From Candidatus Zipacnadia bacterium (lineage in GTDB: Bacteria > Armatimonadota > Zipacnadia > Zipacnadales > UBA5352), in contig JALGVE010000001.1 in assembly GCA_029820045.1 (NCBI GenBank), positions 1-58,963 on the forward strand: a DNA stretch of 58,963 nt, given 5' to 3'. Under the pieces are notes generated by a model. It had not been told where the DNA came from and searched no databases. It worked only from the letters and a program-made list of their open reading frames with translations. A program made the position numbers and the translations under genes. Shown here piece after piece: positions 18,480-28,900 of this stretch; positions within the stretch are counted from its first letter, which is position 1, and each line of letters begins with the position of its first letter.

Positions 18480-19319
18480 ATGGAGATCGTTCGTACCAAG
18501 GCCGAAGTTCGCGAAGCTGTCGGCAGGGCGAGGGCGGACGGGAAGATCGTCGGCTTTGTCCCGACGCTCGGCGGGCTGCATGAGGGCCACCTGGCGCTGA
18601 TTGAGACGTCGGTGCGCGAGTGCGACTTCACGGTCGTGAGCATCTTCGTCAATCCGACGCAGTTCGGCCCTGACGAGGACCTAGACAAGTACCCGCGTGA
18701 CCTGGAGAGTGACGCAGCGAAGTGTGAGGCCGCTGGCGTTGACCTCATCTTCGCTCCCAGCCCTGAGGAGATGTACGACAAAACGGCCAGCACTACCGTC
18801 CATGTCGCGCATCTGACCGAGGGGCTCTGCGGCGCCTTCCGGCCAGGGCACTTCGATGGGGTGACGACTGTCTGCTGCAAGCTGTTCGGCATCGCCGAGC
18901 CGGACCGCGCCTACTTTGGGGAGAAGGACTATCAGCAGCTCGTGGTCATCCGGCGCATGGTTCGTGACCTGGACCTGCCGCTTGAGATCGTGGGCGTGCC
19001 CACCGTGCGAGAGACCGATGGGCTGGCGATGAGCACCCGCAACCAGTACCTGACCCAGGAGGAACGCCGCGCCGCCCCCAGGCTTTACCGGGCTCTCCAG
19101 GCCGGAGCCGAGGCGGCCCGCGCGGGAGCCAGCGGCAATAAGGCCGAGGAGGTCGTGGCGGCGGTGCTGGCAAAGGAGCCGCTGTTCAAGGCGCAGTACA
19201 TCACCGCAGTTGATCCGGACACGCTCGAGCCGCTGGAGGACCGCGGCGCACCCATGGTCATTGCCGCCGCTGCCTTCCTGGGACGGGCGCGACTGATAGA
19301 CAACATCAAGGTTGAGTGA
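18480..19319 (+). CDS. panC: Pantoate--beta-alanine ligase
   Basis: VPTLGGLHEGHLALI motif. The ATG at 18480 gives the canonical N-terminus (MEIVRTKAEV). The ORF-track start at 18327 overlaps the upstream gene. Confidence 0.9.
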   Translation: MEIVRTKAEVREAVGRARADGKIVGFVPTLGGLHEGHLALIETSVRECDFTVVSIFVNPTQFGPDEDLDKYPRDLESDAAKCEAAGVDLIFAPSPEEMYDKTASTTVHVAHLTEGLCGAFRPGHFDGVTTVCCKLFGIAEPDRAYFGEKDYQQLVVIRRMVRDLDLPLEIVGVPTVRETDGLAMSTRNQYLTQEERRAAPRLYRALQAGAEAARAGASGNKAEEVVAAVLAKEPLFKAQYITAVDPDTLEPLEDRGAPMVIAAAAFLGRARLIDNIKVE

Positions 19320-19326
19320 GAAGACC

Positions 19327-19680
19327 ATGCTCAGAGTGATGTGCAAGTCAAAGATCCACGGGGCAACAGTCACCGAAACAGCGCTGGAGTACGCCGGTAG
19401 CATTACCATCCCGGCGGACCTCATAGCGGCGGCGAACCTGGTGCCCGACGAACGGGTTCAAGTCGTCAACCTCAGTAACGGCAGTCGCATCGAGACCTAC
19501 GTCATTGAGGGACCGGCCGGCTCGGGTAACATCTGTCTGAACGGGCCGGCCGCGCGCACAGCCTATGTCGGGGACCGCGTGCATATCCTCTCCTTCGCCA
19601 TGATGGACGAGGAGGAGGCGCGCGCCTCCAAGATGAAGGTCGTGCATGTGGACGAGAGCAACCAACTGACGGGTGAGTGA
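19327..19680 (+). CDS. panD: Aspartate 1-decarboxylase
   Basis: MLRVMCKSKIHGATVTE and the self-processing site YAGSITI. Confidence 0.9.
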   Translation: MLRVMCKSKIHGATVTETALEYAGSITIPADLIAAANLVPDERVQVVNLSNGSRIETYVIEGPAGSGNICLNGPAARTAYVGDRVHILSFAMMDEEEARASKMKVVHVDESNQLTGE

Positions 19681-20572
19681 AGGGGCCATGAGCTTCGGCC
19701 TGATGATGGCGAGCCGCAGTGAGGTGAGGCGCGTCGTACGCGAGGCTCTGCGCGAGGACCTCGGCCGCGGCGACCTCACCAGCCTCCTCACCGTGGAGGC
19801 GACCGCCCATGCCCGCGGCGAGTTCCTCGCCAAGGCCGAGGGCGTGATGGCCGGCGGTTACGTCGTCGCTGAATGCCTCCGGCAGACCGAGGAGACCGGC
19901 GTCGTGAAGGACCTGGTGCAGGAGGGCCGGGAGTTCTGCGTCGGTGAGGTTCTCGGTCGCGTCGAGGGCTCGGCGCGGGGGCTGCTGGCAGCGGAGCGCA
20001 CGGCCCTCAACTTCCTGCAGAGGCTGTGCGGCGTGGCGACCCTCACGCGGCAGTTCGCGGAGGCCGTTGAGGGCACGGGCGCGAAGATAGTTGACACGCG
20101 CAAGACCACGCCGGGCCTGCGGGCGCTGGAGAAGGCGGCGGTGATAGCAGGCGGCGGCCGCAATCATCGCTTTGCGCTTTACGACGGCATCCTGATTAAG
20201 GACAATCACATCCGGCTTGCGGGCGGCTTGTCCGTGGCCGTGGCGCGTGCACGTGTAGGGGCGCCGGCGACGCTGAAGGTGGAGGTGGAGACGGCCACGC
20301 TTGCTGAGGTTGAGGAGGCGCTAACCGCCGGCGCGGACATCATCATGCTCGACAACATGGACCCGGACGCCATGCGCGAGGCCGTGGGGATGATCGGTGG
20401 TCGGGCGCTGGTCGAGGCCTCCGGTGGCGTCAACCTGGAGAACGTGCGGAGTATCGCGGAGACGGGCGTGGACCTCATCTCCGTTGGGCGATTGACACAC
20501 TCGGCGCCCGCGATAGATATCAGTCTCGAGCTGGAAGCGTTGCAGCAGCCAGCGGTGGTGGATGGGCAATGA
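19673..20572 (+). CDS. nadC: Nicotinate-nucleotide pyrophosphorylase (quinolinate phosphoribosyltransferase)
   Basis: ERTALNFLQRL, DTRKTTPG and IKDNHI motifs. The start overlaps the panD stop. Confidence 0.9.
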   Translation: MSEGAMSFGLMMASRSEVRRVVREALREDLGRGDLTSLLTVEATAHARGEFLAKAEGVMAGGYVVAECLRQTEETGVVKDLVQEGREFCVGEVLGRVEGSARGLLAAERTALNFLQRLCGVATLTRQFAEAVEGTGAKIVDTRKTTPGLRALEKAAVIAGGGRNHRFALYDGILIKDNHIRLAGGLSVAVARARVGAPATLKVEVETATLAEVEEALTAGADIIMLDNMDPDAMREAVGMIGGRALVEASGGVNLENVRSIAETGVDLISVGRLTHSAPAIDISLELEALQQPAVVDGQ

Positions 20573-21750
20573 TGCTCGGAAAGCCTCTGTGCGGAGCATT
20601 CCTGGTAGCGGCCACGCTGCTTGCCGCCACCGCCGGCCTCGCGCAGCAGAACGTGGCTCTCAGCCAGCCCTTCACTTGCAGCTCCAACATACTCAGCGGC
20701 TGGACGGGCCTGGTGGATGGAGTAAAGGATTCCGACAGCGGCCCCGGGTGCTTCGCGACCTCGAATGACCCAGACTTCCCGAAGTACGTCGTCATTGACC
20801 TGCAGATTCCGTACATGATTACCCGCGTGGCCGTATACAGCTCTGCCAACGGTAACACGCGGGAGGTCACCATTGCGCTCTCCGCCGATGGCGACAACTA
20901 CGAGGTTCTGCGGGACTACATATTCCCCGACGGGAAGGCGATGACGCTCAATCACAACTTCGCCGCCCGGCCCCGCACCGCGCAGTTCGTGCGCATCGGC
21001 CTACTCAACAGTTGGGGCAGGGGCCTCGGCGGAGACAACTGCATCTTCCTGCGGGAGGTGGAGGTCTTTGGAGTGCCGACCGGCGGCAGGCCCGTGGTCG
21101 TCCCGCCGACCATGCTCCCGGGGGCCCCGCTGATCACCTCGCGCTCGCTGCGCATGTTCAGGAAGTACTGCCTGGAGGCGGAGCGCGACTGCCGCATCAT
21201 CGTGATGGGCGACTCCTTCGCCGGGAAGGCCGAGGGGCTCTGGCCGCGCCGGCTCCTGAGCAAGCTGGATGCCGAGCGGCCCGCTGCGTCGCAGACCGAG
21301 TTGACCGTGTACTCCGCGGAGGGGCTGGGTCCGGGCGATGCCTCGACAATTCTCCTCGACGATGTGGTGCGCGAGGCGCCGGACCTCGTGCTGCTGAGCT
21401 TCGGTGCGGACCTGACTGAGTGGGATCAGCGGCAGTTCAGGACTGAGCTAGGGAAGCTGACGCGGGAACTCATGGCGCAGACGGACGGTCTCGTGGTGTT
21501 GGTGGCGCCGCCTCCCGTGAAGGAGGACCCGGCGGACCCGGAGAACAAGCTCTTGTCAGTCAGACGGCGGGCGGCCTGGGAGTTGGAACAGATGGCCAGG
21601 TTCCACGGCCTGCCGATGCTGCGCACGGAGGCGGCGTTGAGAGCCACCAAGTCGCCGATGGAGGAACTGGTCGGAGCGGACGGGAACCTGCTGGCGGCGG
21701 GACACCAGGTGGTCGCGGACCGCCTTTTCGAACTACTGATGCAGCCTTAG
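20569..21750 (+). CDS. Secreted discoidin (F5/8 type C)-like domain plus SGNH/GDSL hydrolase
   Basis: Signal peptide MMLGKPLCGAFLVAATLLAATAGLAQQ, an N-terminal discoidin-like domain and a GDS block (IIVMGDSFAG). ATGA overlap with the nadC stop. Confidence 0.65.
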   Translation: MMLGKPLCGAFLVAATLLAATAGLAQQNVALSQPFTCSSNILSGWTGLVDGVKDSDSGPGCFATSNDPDFPKYVVIDLQIPYMITRVAVYSSANGNTREVTIALSADGDNYEVLRDYIFPDGKAMTLNHNFAARPRTAQFVRIGLLNSWGRGLGGDNCIFLREVEVFGVPTGGRPVVVPPTMLPGAPLITSRSLRMFRKYCLEAERDCRIIVMGDSFAGKAEGLWPRRLLSKLDAERPAASQTELTVYSAEGLGPGDASTILLDDVVREAPDLVLLSFGADLTEWDQRQFRTELGKLTRELMAQTDGLVVLVAPPPVKEDPADPENKLLSVRRRAAWELEQMARFHGLPMLRTEAALRATKSPMEELVGADGNLLAAGHQVVADRLFELLMQP

Positions 21751-21778
21751 ATCGCAGCAGAGCGGAGTTGATGCACAG

Positions 21779-22114
21779 ATGCGTCGCCTCGTGGGGGTTT
21801 TCGTTGGGTTCTTCCTGTTTTTCCCCGTCGCAATGATCCTCCGATGGCTGGTGGTGGAGCTGGGTCTCTACCAGGAGGTGTCGCTTACTGACGCTCTGCT
21901 GGCGATCATCATCATCCTGGCCTGTGTGATCATCTTCGGCCAGCCGCGGCGTACGCTGACCGCCGAGGAGTTGGAGAGGCAGGCGGAGAGGATGGAGCTG
22001 GCCTCCCGCCGCCTGGAGCAGGCGCAGAGGAGGCTCCGTTCGAGCAGGCTGAGCACCCCACGCTCAGGAAGCAGGCGCAGCCCGAGCCGCACCAGCGACC
22101 GGCGGCGGCGCTAG
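21779..22114 (+). CDS. Small membrane protein, two TM helices and an Arg/Ser-rich tail
   Basis: 111-aa ORF with two hydrophobic helices followed by a coiled-coil-like segment. No recognisable family. Confidence 0.4.
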   Translation: MRRLVGVFVGFFLFFPVAMILRWLVVELGLYQEVSLTDALLAIIIILACVIIFGQPRRTLTAEELERQAERMELASRRLEQAQRRLRSSRLSTPRSGSRRSPSRTSDRRRR

Positions 22115-22159
22115 CTGCGCCCGACGATGTTGAAGCCCGACCTACTGTAAGGTGGCGCC

Positions 22160-23005
22160 TCAGAGGGTGCGAAGGAAGTCCACGGCCGTCTGTATGTCCG
22201 CCACCGGGTTCTCCCCGACTTCGCGCTCGATCGCGAAGTAACCGTCGTACCCCTTGTCGCCTAGCAGGCTCACGAACCGCTCCCACTCAACCCAGCCGGT
22301 CCCGAAGGGCACCTCCTCGCGCTGGCCGTCCTCGTGCACGAGCGCGTCCTTGGCGTGAACGTGCACGACATACTCGCCCACCAGTTCGATGCCCTCCACC
22401 GGCTGGAACAGCTCAAACCACTTGTCGCGATCGTACTCCTCGCCCAGGTCCTTGGCGAACCTTGCTGGCCACAGAATCAGGTTCGCCGGGTCCCAGTTGA
22501 TGCGGATGGCCGGGCTGCCGATGGTCTCGATCAGCCGCTTGAGCACATAGGGCGGCTCCGGCCCGGTCTCGATCGCCAGGCAGGCGCCCACCTTCTCGCC
22601 GTGTTCTGCGAGCACGCTGCAGTTCCTCACCATGTTCTGCCAACCCGGGTCGGCCTCGTCCTCGGGCATGATACCGATGTGCGATTGCCAGATTCCACAG
22701 CCGAGGTCCGCAGCCAGCTCGAGCTGCCTCTTGCCGTCCTCCAGGTGCTCCTCCACGCCCTCCTCGTTAAGATGCACCGCGCCGCCCCAGGCCGAGGTCG
22801 CGGAGACCTCCAGCCCCAGGGATTCGAGATAGTTGACCAGGTCCGACCGGGCTTGGGCGTCAAGGTTCTCGGGCGAGAACCGCCCGCCGGCTCCGGTGCT
22901 GAGATGGACGCCAGGCACCCCCATCTCGGCGATCTTGGCGAAGCCCTCCTCGGGGGTATTCATGCGCAGACTACTGAGCATTACGGCTATCTTCAGGTCA
23001 CCCAT
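22160..23005 (-). CDS. Sugar phosphate isomerase/epimerase (xylose isomerase-like TIM barrel)
   Basis: Family-typical pattern (HLS..., CLAIETG, HVHAKD...G.G.V.W). GGAGG RBS 6 nt before the ATG at 23005. Confidence 0.75.
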   Translation of the reverse strand: MGDLKIAVMLSSLRMNTPEEGFAKIAEMGVPGVHLSTGAGGRFSPENLDAQARSDLVNYLESLGLEVSATSAWGGAVHLNEEGVEEHLEDGKRQLELAADLGCGIWQSHIGIMPEDEADPGWQNMVRNCSVLAEHGEKVGACLAIETGPEPPYVLKRLIETIGSPAIRINWDPANLILWPARFAKDLGEEYDRDKWFELFQPVEGIELVGEYVVHVHAKDALVHEDGQREEVPFGTGWVEWERFVSLLGDKGYDGYFAIEREVGENPVADIQTAVDFLRTL

Positions 23006-23140
23006 CACGCGCCTCCATCGGTGTTTGAGTCCGTGCCTTCAGTTTGAGGCTTGCCCTTCGCCATCGCCCTTGATTGTCCTTCATTGAGGGCCGCAGCAGG
23101 TGCAAGTCGGCGCTGCGGCGTATCTACCCGCAGGTTGGTG

Positions 23141-25840
23141 ATGATCATGCGACGCTTCCTCTTGGCTTTGAGCTTAGTGCTGGTAGTGACAATGATGATG
23201 AACCCTTCCGCGCGCACGGATTCGGCAGATGTGCAGCATCCGGTCTTCGACCCAGGCGTGAACGAGGGGCAGCAGGCCTCGCTGGAGGCGCAGCTTGCAC
23301 CGCTGCTGGAGATGTCCGACCAGGAGCTTGCGGCGCTCGTGCCGGAGCGCAACGGGTTCCGGTTCTGCGACTGCCCGAACTGCGAGATGGGCACACAGCA
23401 GGGCCAGCTCGTCTGGGCGGGGCTGGAGGCGCCGGACAAGGTCAAATGCAAGTTCTGCGGGATGGTCTTCCCGAACGAGCAGTACCCCGAGGACAAGACC
23501 ATCACCGCCCTCAATCCGCGTGGCGAGACCGTCACGTATCACTATTATGAGAACGAAGACGGGCGGCACTTCTTCAGCGGCCGCGCGCGCTACGACCGCA
23601 AGCACTGGCTTGCCAGGAGGGCCTACGAACTCGCGAAGCTGGCGTACATCTCAAAGGCCCCCGCCTACGAGCGCAAGGCCGTCGTGCTTCTGGACGCCTT
23701 CGGCAAGAAGTACCCGGGCTGGTGCGTAATGTATGATCTGACCCGAGGCGACAGCAAACCCCTGGACAGCTACCCGGAGAAGCCCCACCCGTACTGGGGA
23801 GGCATCTGGAGCCGGTGGCACTACGGCGATGTGCCCACCGACCTCATCCGCGCCTACGACCTCGTGTACTACAGCGACGAGTGGGAGAAGCTCAGTGCCG
23901 AGAAAGGTCTGGACGTGCGCAAGCGCCTGGAGGACGAGGTCTTCCGCGCTAGCGTCGAGTTCCTCAAGGGCTACGAGGAACACCTCAGCAATATGTCGCC
24001 GACGCTGTACCGCGGCTTTATCATCGCGGGCCGCGTGCTGGCCGAGCCGGACTACGTTCACGACGCCCTCGACCGGTTCAGCCAACTCCTACGCACGCAG
24101 TTCCTGTTTGACGGCATGTGGAAGGAGGGGACCATCTCCTACCACCGTCAGACCATCGGCGGCCTGCGTGCCATCATGAGCCTGGCGGAAGGGTACTCGG
24201 ACCCGGAGGGGTACACCTGGCCGCAGGATGGCAGCCACTTCGAGGACCTCGACCTTGCCGCGGAGTTCCCCTTCGTCCGAAAGGTGATGGCGGCCGACAG
24301 CGCGCTGGTCTTCCCGAATAAGCGCATCGTGGCGGTGCATGACGCGTGGGGCCTGAGCAGCTACACGCCTGAGCTTCCGCCGCAGACCACGCTGCTGTCC
24401 GCGATGGAGCACTGCTGCCTGCACCGGGGCGAGGGTGACAATCAGATGCAGGCGCGTCTGCACTTTGCCCCCGGCTACGGGCACAAGCACGCGGACGACC
24501 TCAGCCTCATCGTCTGGGCCAAGGGCCGCGAGCTGCTCTCTGACCTCGGCTACACGCACACCGCCTACCGGCGCTGGGCTACCAGCACCCCGGCGCACAA
24601 CACGGTGGTCGTGGACGAGGCCAACCAACAGACCAGCGGGGAGCGCTGCAATCTGCTGCTGTTCGATAGCGGCGCCGGGCCTGTGCAGGCCGTCGAGGCC
24701 ACAGGCACGGCCTGTTACCCCGACATTACTACCACCTACCGTCGGCAGATCATGCTCGTGGATGTGTCGCCGACGCAGGCATACGTGGTGGACGTATTCC
24801 GCGTGGCAGGCGGGAGCCAGCACGACTGGTTCCTGCACGGGTCGGCCGACTACGATCAGACCGCGACGGTCAACCTGGACCTTGAGCCGGTGGAGGGGAC
24901 ACTGCTTGGCCCCGATGCGGCCTTCCGACTGCCCACCAGCGAGGTTGATGGCGGTGACGCCGGCGACCGGAACCTCGCCTACGCCTTCATCCGTGACCTC
25001 ACGCAGGCGAAGACCGATGGCCGGTGGAGCATTACCTTCCGCTTCGACGAGGCCTCGCCGGTGCAGGTCCGCAGCACGGTGCTCGGCCAGGAGGGCACCA
25101 CGGTCGTCCTGGGCCGTGCGCCCTCCATCCGCAGGGCGAAGGAGGACGACGCCAGGCTGGAGGACTTCCTGATGCCCATCGTCGTTGCCCGCCGCAGCGG
25201 AGAGGGCCTCGCGAGCACCTTCGTGGCCGTGCACGAGCCCTTCGGCGAGCAGCCGTTCATCAGCGAGGCAAGGGCCTTGACGCCGCTTGATGGGGCTGCG
25301 CCGGCCGTGGGGGTGGAGGTGATGCGTGAGGGCGAGCGCGACATCATCATCTGCTGCACCGAGGAGGCCGCCGGGGAAACGGTTACCGTCCCCGCCCAGC
25401 CGCCCATCGAGTTCACGGGACGCACGGGCTTCGTGCGGCTGCGCGGAGACGAGGTCACGACCGCGTACATGCTGGATGCCACGCACCTGCGCTGTGGAGA
25501 CTTTGAACTCACGGCGGAACCTGCGCCAGGGGGCAGCATCGTGGGCGTGGTGCGCGAGAAGAACCGTTTCGCCTTCCGGGTGGCAGAGAAGCTGCCCGGG
25601 GGGAAGGCCCTGGCCGGACGGACCGTGCTGGTCACTCACCCGGATGGCTCCACCCACGGCTACGTCGCCTCCGGCGTCGACGCCATCGCGGGCGGTTCCC
25701 TGATCCTGCTTGACGACGACCCCGGCTTCGCCATCCGCGAGGACGGCAAGACCGAGTTCCTTTACTATCCCCAGGGCGAGCAGGAGGGCAGCAACACCTA
25801 CCGCGTCCTGACCGTCACCAGCCTTCAGCGCCAGCCCTGA
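23141..25840 (+). CDS. Heparinase II/III-like polysaccharide lyase family protein
   Basis: Signal peptide after the ATG at 23141. C-terminal block HKHADDLSLIVWAKGRELLSDLGY...STPAHNTVVVDE is typical of heparinase II/III. The N-terminus carries four Cys (CDCPNC...CKFC). Confidence 0.7.
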   Translation: MIMRRFLLALSLVLVVTMMMNPSARTDSADVQHPVFDPGVNEGQQASLEAQLAPLLEMSDQELAALVPERNGFRFCDCPNCEMGTQQGQLVWAGLEAPDKVKCKFCGMVFPNEQYPEDKTITALNPRGETVTYHYYENEDGRHFFSGRARYDRKHWLARRAYELAKLAYISKAPAYERKAVVLLDAFGKKYPGWCVMYDLTRGDSKPLDSYPEKPHPYWGGIWSRWHYGDVPTDLIRAYDLVYYSDEWEKLSAEKGLDVRKRLEDEVFRASVEFLKGYEEHLSNMSPTLYRGFIIAGRVLAEPDYVHDALDRFSQLLRTQFLFDGMWKEGTISYHRQTIGGLRAIMSLAEGYSDPEGYTWPQDGSHFEDLDLAAEFPFVRKVMAADSALVFPNKRIVAVHDAWGLSSYTPELPPQTTLLSAMEHCCLHRGEGDNQMQARLHFAPGYGHKHADDLSLIVWAKGRELLSDLGYTHTAYRRWATSTPAHNTVVVDEANQQTSGERCNLLLFDSGAGPVQAVEATGTACYPDITTTYRRQIMLVDVSPTQAYVVDVFRVAGGSQHDWFLHGSADYDQTATVNLDLEPVEGTLLGPDAAFRLPTSEVDGGDAGDRNLAYAFIRDLTQAKTDGRWSITFRFDEASPVQVRSTVLGQEGTTVVLGRAPSIRRAKEDDARLEDFLMPIVVARRSGEGLASTFVAVHEPFGEQPFISEARALTPLDGAAPAVGVEVMREGERDIIICCTEEAAGETVTVPAQPPIEFTGRTGFVRLRGDEVTTAYMLDATHLRCGDFELTAEPAPGGSIVGVVREKNRFAFRVAEKLPGGKALAGRTVLVTHPDGSTHGYVASGVDAIAGGSLILLDDDPGFAIREDGKTEFLYYPQGEQEGSNTYRVLTVTSLQRQP

Positions 25841-25937
25841 CATCGTGGCGGGGCCTGCCCTCAGGGGCGTCCGCGCCGCCGTCGGTACGGAGGGTGTTCA
25901 GCCCCGCCGCATCAGTCGAGGAGAGGAAACACGACCC

Positions 25938-28900
25938 ATGTCCCGCCGAACGACCATCTGCTTCCTCGTGATCGTCGCCTCCCTGGCCCCCGCCGCCGCA
26001 CAGAGCATCACGCCCTTTCAGGTCACCACCGGCGCCTACCGCATGCATATGTTCAACCACGGGAACTTCGCCGTCAACGTCGGCGGCATCTGGATGCCCG
26101 GCAATGTCTGCCTGACCATGCGCGCGCCCGAGGGCACGTTCGTGCAGTACAAGTCCGAACATACGCCGGAGTTGGCGGTCGCCGAGCGACGCAAGATTGA
26201 CGGCGCTGACGTCACCGTAATCAAGGGCTTGCTCACCGAGAGCCTGCGCTTTACGCAGACGGTCAGAGCCGAGGAGCGGCGCGTGCTCATCACCTACGAG
26301 GTCGAGGCGCTCAAGGACCTTCAGGACGTGGACATCTACGTGTCCGCCGGTCCGGGGCCGGCGGAGATGATGCAAGGCCTGGAATACCTGCTGGTCACGG
26401 CCCAGGGCGAGCAGCGCGGCGCCTACGGCGATGACACGGACGTCTCAGTAACCGGCGTCAAGCGCGTGACCTGGCTGGACCTGGCCCACCGGGACGTCAG
26501 TTGGGTCTTTGAGCAGGCGCCACGAACCAAGGTGCGCCTTGGCAGCAAAGCCAACAGCTACGAAGCGCACCTCCTGGCAGATGGCGCCCTCGCGAAGGGT
26601 GCCACCGCTAAGGGGGTCTGCGCCGTGCAGGTCGAGTTCCGCGGACAACTCACGGCGGTCAAGCCCTGGGCGGAGGCGAAGGCCGGGCCGGTCAGCTTCG
26701 ACATCTGCGGTACGAGCGGCTGCCTGCACCACCTGCGCACCGACCGCGGCAACATCATCGAGCACCTCAACCTGAACGAGAACGTGCAGGGCAAGAACAC
26801 CTATCAGAGCCAGGCCGGCACGAAGACCCCCGGCTGGAGCGGCGTCGGGGAGATGACGCCCGGCCAAGGTGAGGACTACCGCGCCACCGTCTCCGGGAAG
26901 GTAGTGAGCGAGTGGGAGGAGAGCGTCGTCTCCCGCGAACTCGCCCAGGGCGCCGAGGTCCAGGTCACCTACCGGCGCGACCCGGCCTCAGAGCCGACCG
27001 ACCTGCGGTTACTCTTGTACATGGCCCAGCGGCTGGAGGACCGCGGCCAGCAGTTCTTCGTACGTCCGGCCAAGGCCCCTGCCATCGCGGAGGTCGGCGG
27101 CATCGCCACCACCTTGGGCATGAAACAGCGCGACGCCGAGGGCGGCCTTGGGCCGTACACCGAGATAGGCGAGTTCGGCGCCGGCGATGAGATCGTCATC
27201 CCCATGCTGCATCGCGGCGAGGTCTTCACCGTCACCTGTGACCAGCCCTCGGTTCTATCCGCCTTCCGCTTCGAGGTCTACTTCCGCGGCCTCTGGCTGG
27301 ACTTCACCGATGACGATCTCTCCGAGATCAAGCTGACCATGAAGCTGGAGCGCATCCCGCAGCGCAACGGACCCGACTGGTTTGCGCCGGTCAGCCGCGT
27401 CACGGGCGCCTTTGCCCTCAACTGGGGCGGAATGCCGGTGCTGGATAGGGTGATGTTCTACGAGGGCGAGCTTCCGTCCAACCGTGACCCGTTCGAGGGC
27501 GAGGTCGTCTCGAAGTGGGCTGGCTCGGTTAGGAAGACCGAGGATGGCCTCCACGCCCAGTGGCAGCGCGACGGGACCGAGGAGCCGACCGGCCTGCTGA
27601 TAGACTTGCCGGCTGAGCTGGCGGGTCGGCCGCTTGCCATCCTCTCGCCGGATGGGAGCATGAAGGAGCCGCTGCCCCAGCCGCGCCGCGTGGGCGCTGA
27701 CCTGCAGAGCGAGACCGTCGAAGGGGGCAGCACCTTGGTCGTCAGCCGCGACGCCGGGGCGGAACTGTGTCTGAAGCCGCTGTTCGACTGCACCATGCAC
27801 CTCGGCCGCAAGCGGGCTGGCGATGGCGCGCGGCTCGTGCTGGAGGCAGCCGAGGGGACAAAGGCGCTTGCCCTCGATGTGACGATGGCGCGCAGGCCGG
27901 GGCCTCCGCCGCCGATGAAGTTCGACGCACCCGACCCGCGCGCGACGGGAAGCGGCCTCCGGGTGGAGCGCGACGGCGAGGACGTGGTCGTCACCAGCCC
28001 GTGGTGGCAGGTGCGTCAGAGCGCCAGCGCGGGTGGCTTCCCCTCGGAGATCATCTTCTTCTACGGAAGCGGACGCAACATCCTCACGCAGCCGATACAC
28101 GCTAGGCTCGCCAGGGAGAAGGCCGCTGCCCTTTCGGGCATCGCGCCCGCCCGCCTGGCGGTAACGGAGGACATGCCCGAGCGTGTGACCGTCACCGTCA
28201 CGGGCGCACTTGCAGACAAGGAGCGTGGCCTGCGCATCCCCTACGTCGCGACCTTCGAGTACCGAAGCGGCTACCTGAAGCAGACCTGGGAGTATGACTT
28301 CGGCGAGGGGATCGAGGGCGTTACTACGTTGGCGGTTCAGTCCATGGATCTTCGCCCGGAGCTCGACGAGTTCCTGGCCCGGCGGATGACCCGTCGCACC
28401 ATCCGCGGCAAGGCCGTCTTCCCCGGCCCCCCCGTGTTTCAGGAGCATGAGTACGCACGCTACATGTGCCTCTTCGACCGCGGTGTGGAGGGCATCGAGT
28501 TCCTCAGCGGCTCCAGCGTTCCTCAGTGGCGCTCCCAACTTGGCGAGCCCGGACACGCGCGCTACGCCCTCACGGAGGGGGTGGAGGGTGGCGGCAGCAT
28601 CGTCTGCGAGCCCTGGAGCGACGCCGCGCACCCGATCACCATCTCAGGCAAGAAGACCTTCGAGTGGTACATGGGCCTGGCGAACATCCGCCCTCAGCTT
28701 GACCGCCGTTACTTCGTCTGCTCGCTGCAATCGCCCACCGAAGAACTCGTACGCTACGGCGCCTATCATGGCCTGAACGTCATCAACCTCGGCGCAGGCG
28801 TTGTGCCCGGAAGTTACACGGCCTCTGACGTCGAGGGCACAAAGCGTATCGTGGCGCTGGCGCACAAGTACGGGATGAAGATATATCCCTTCGACGCCCA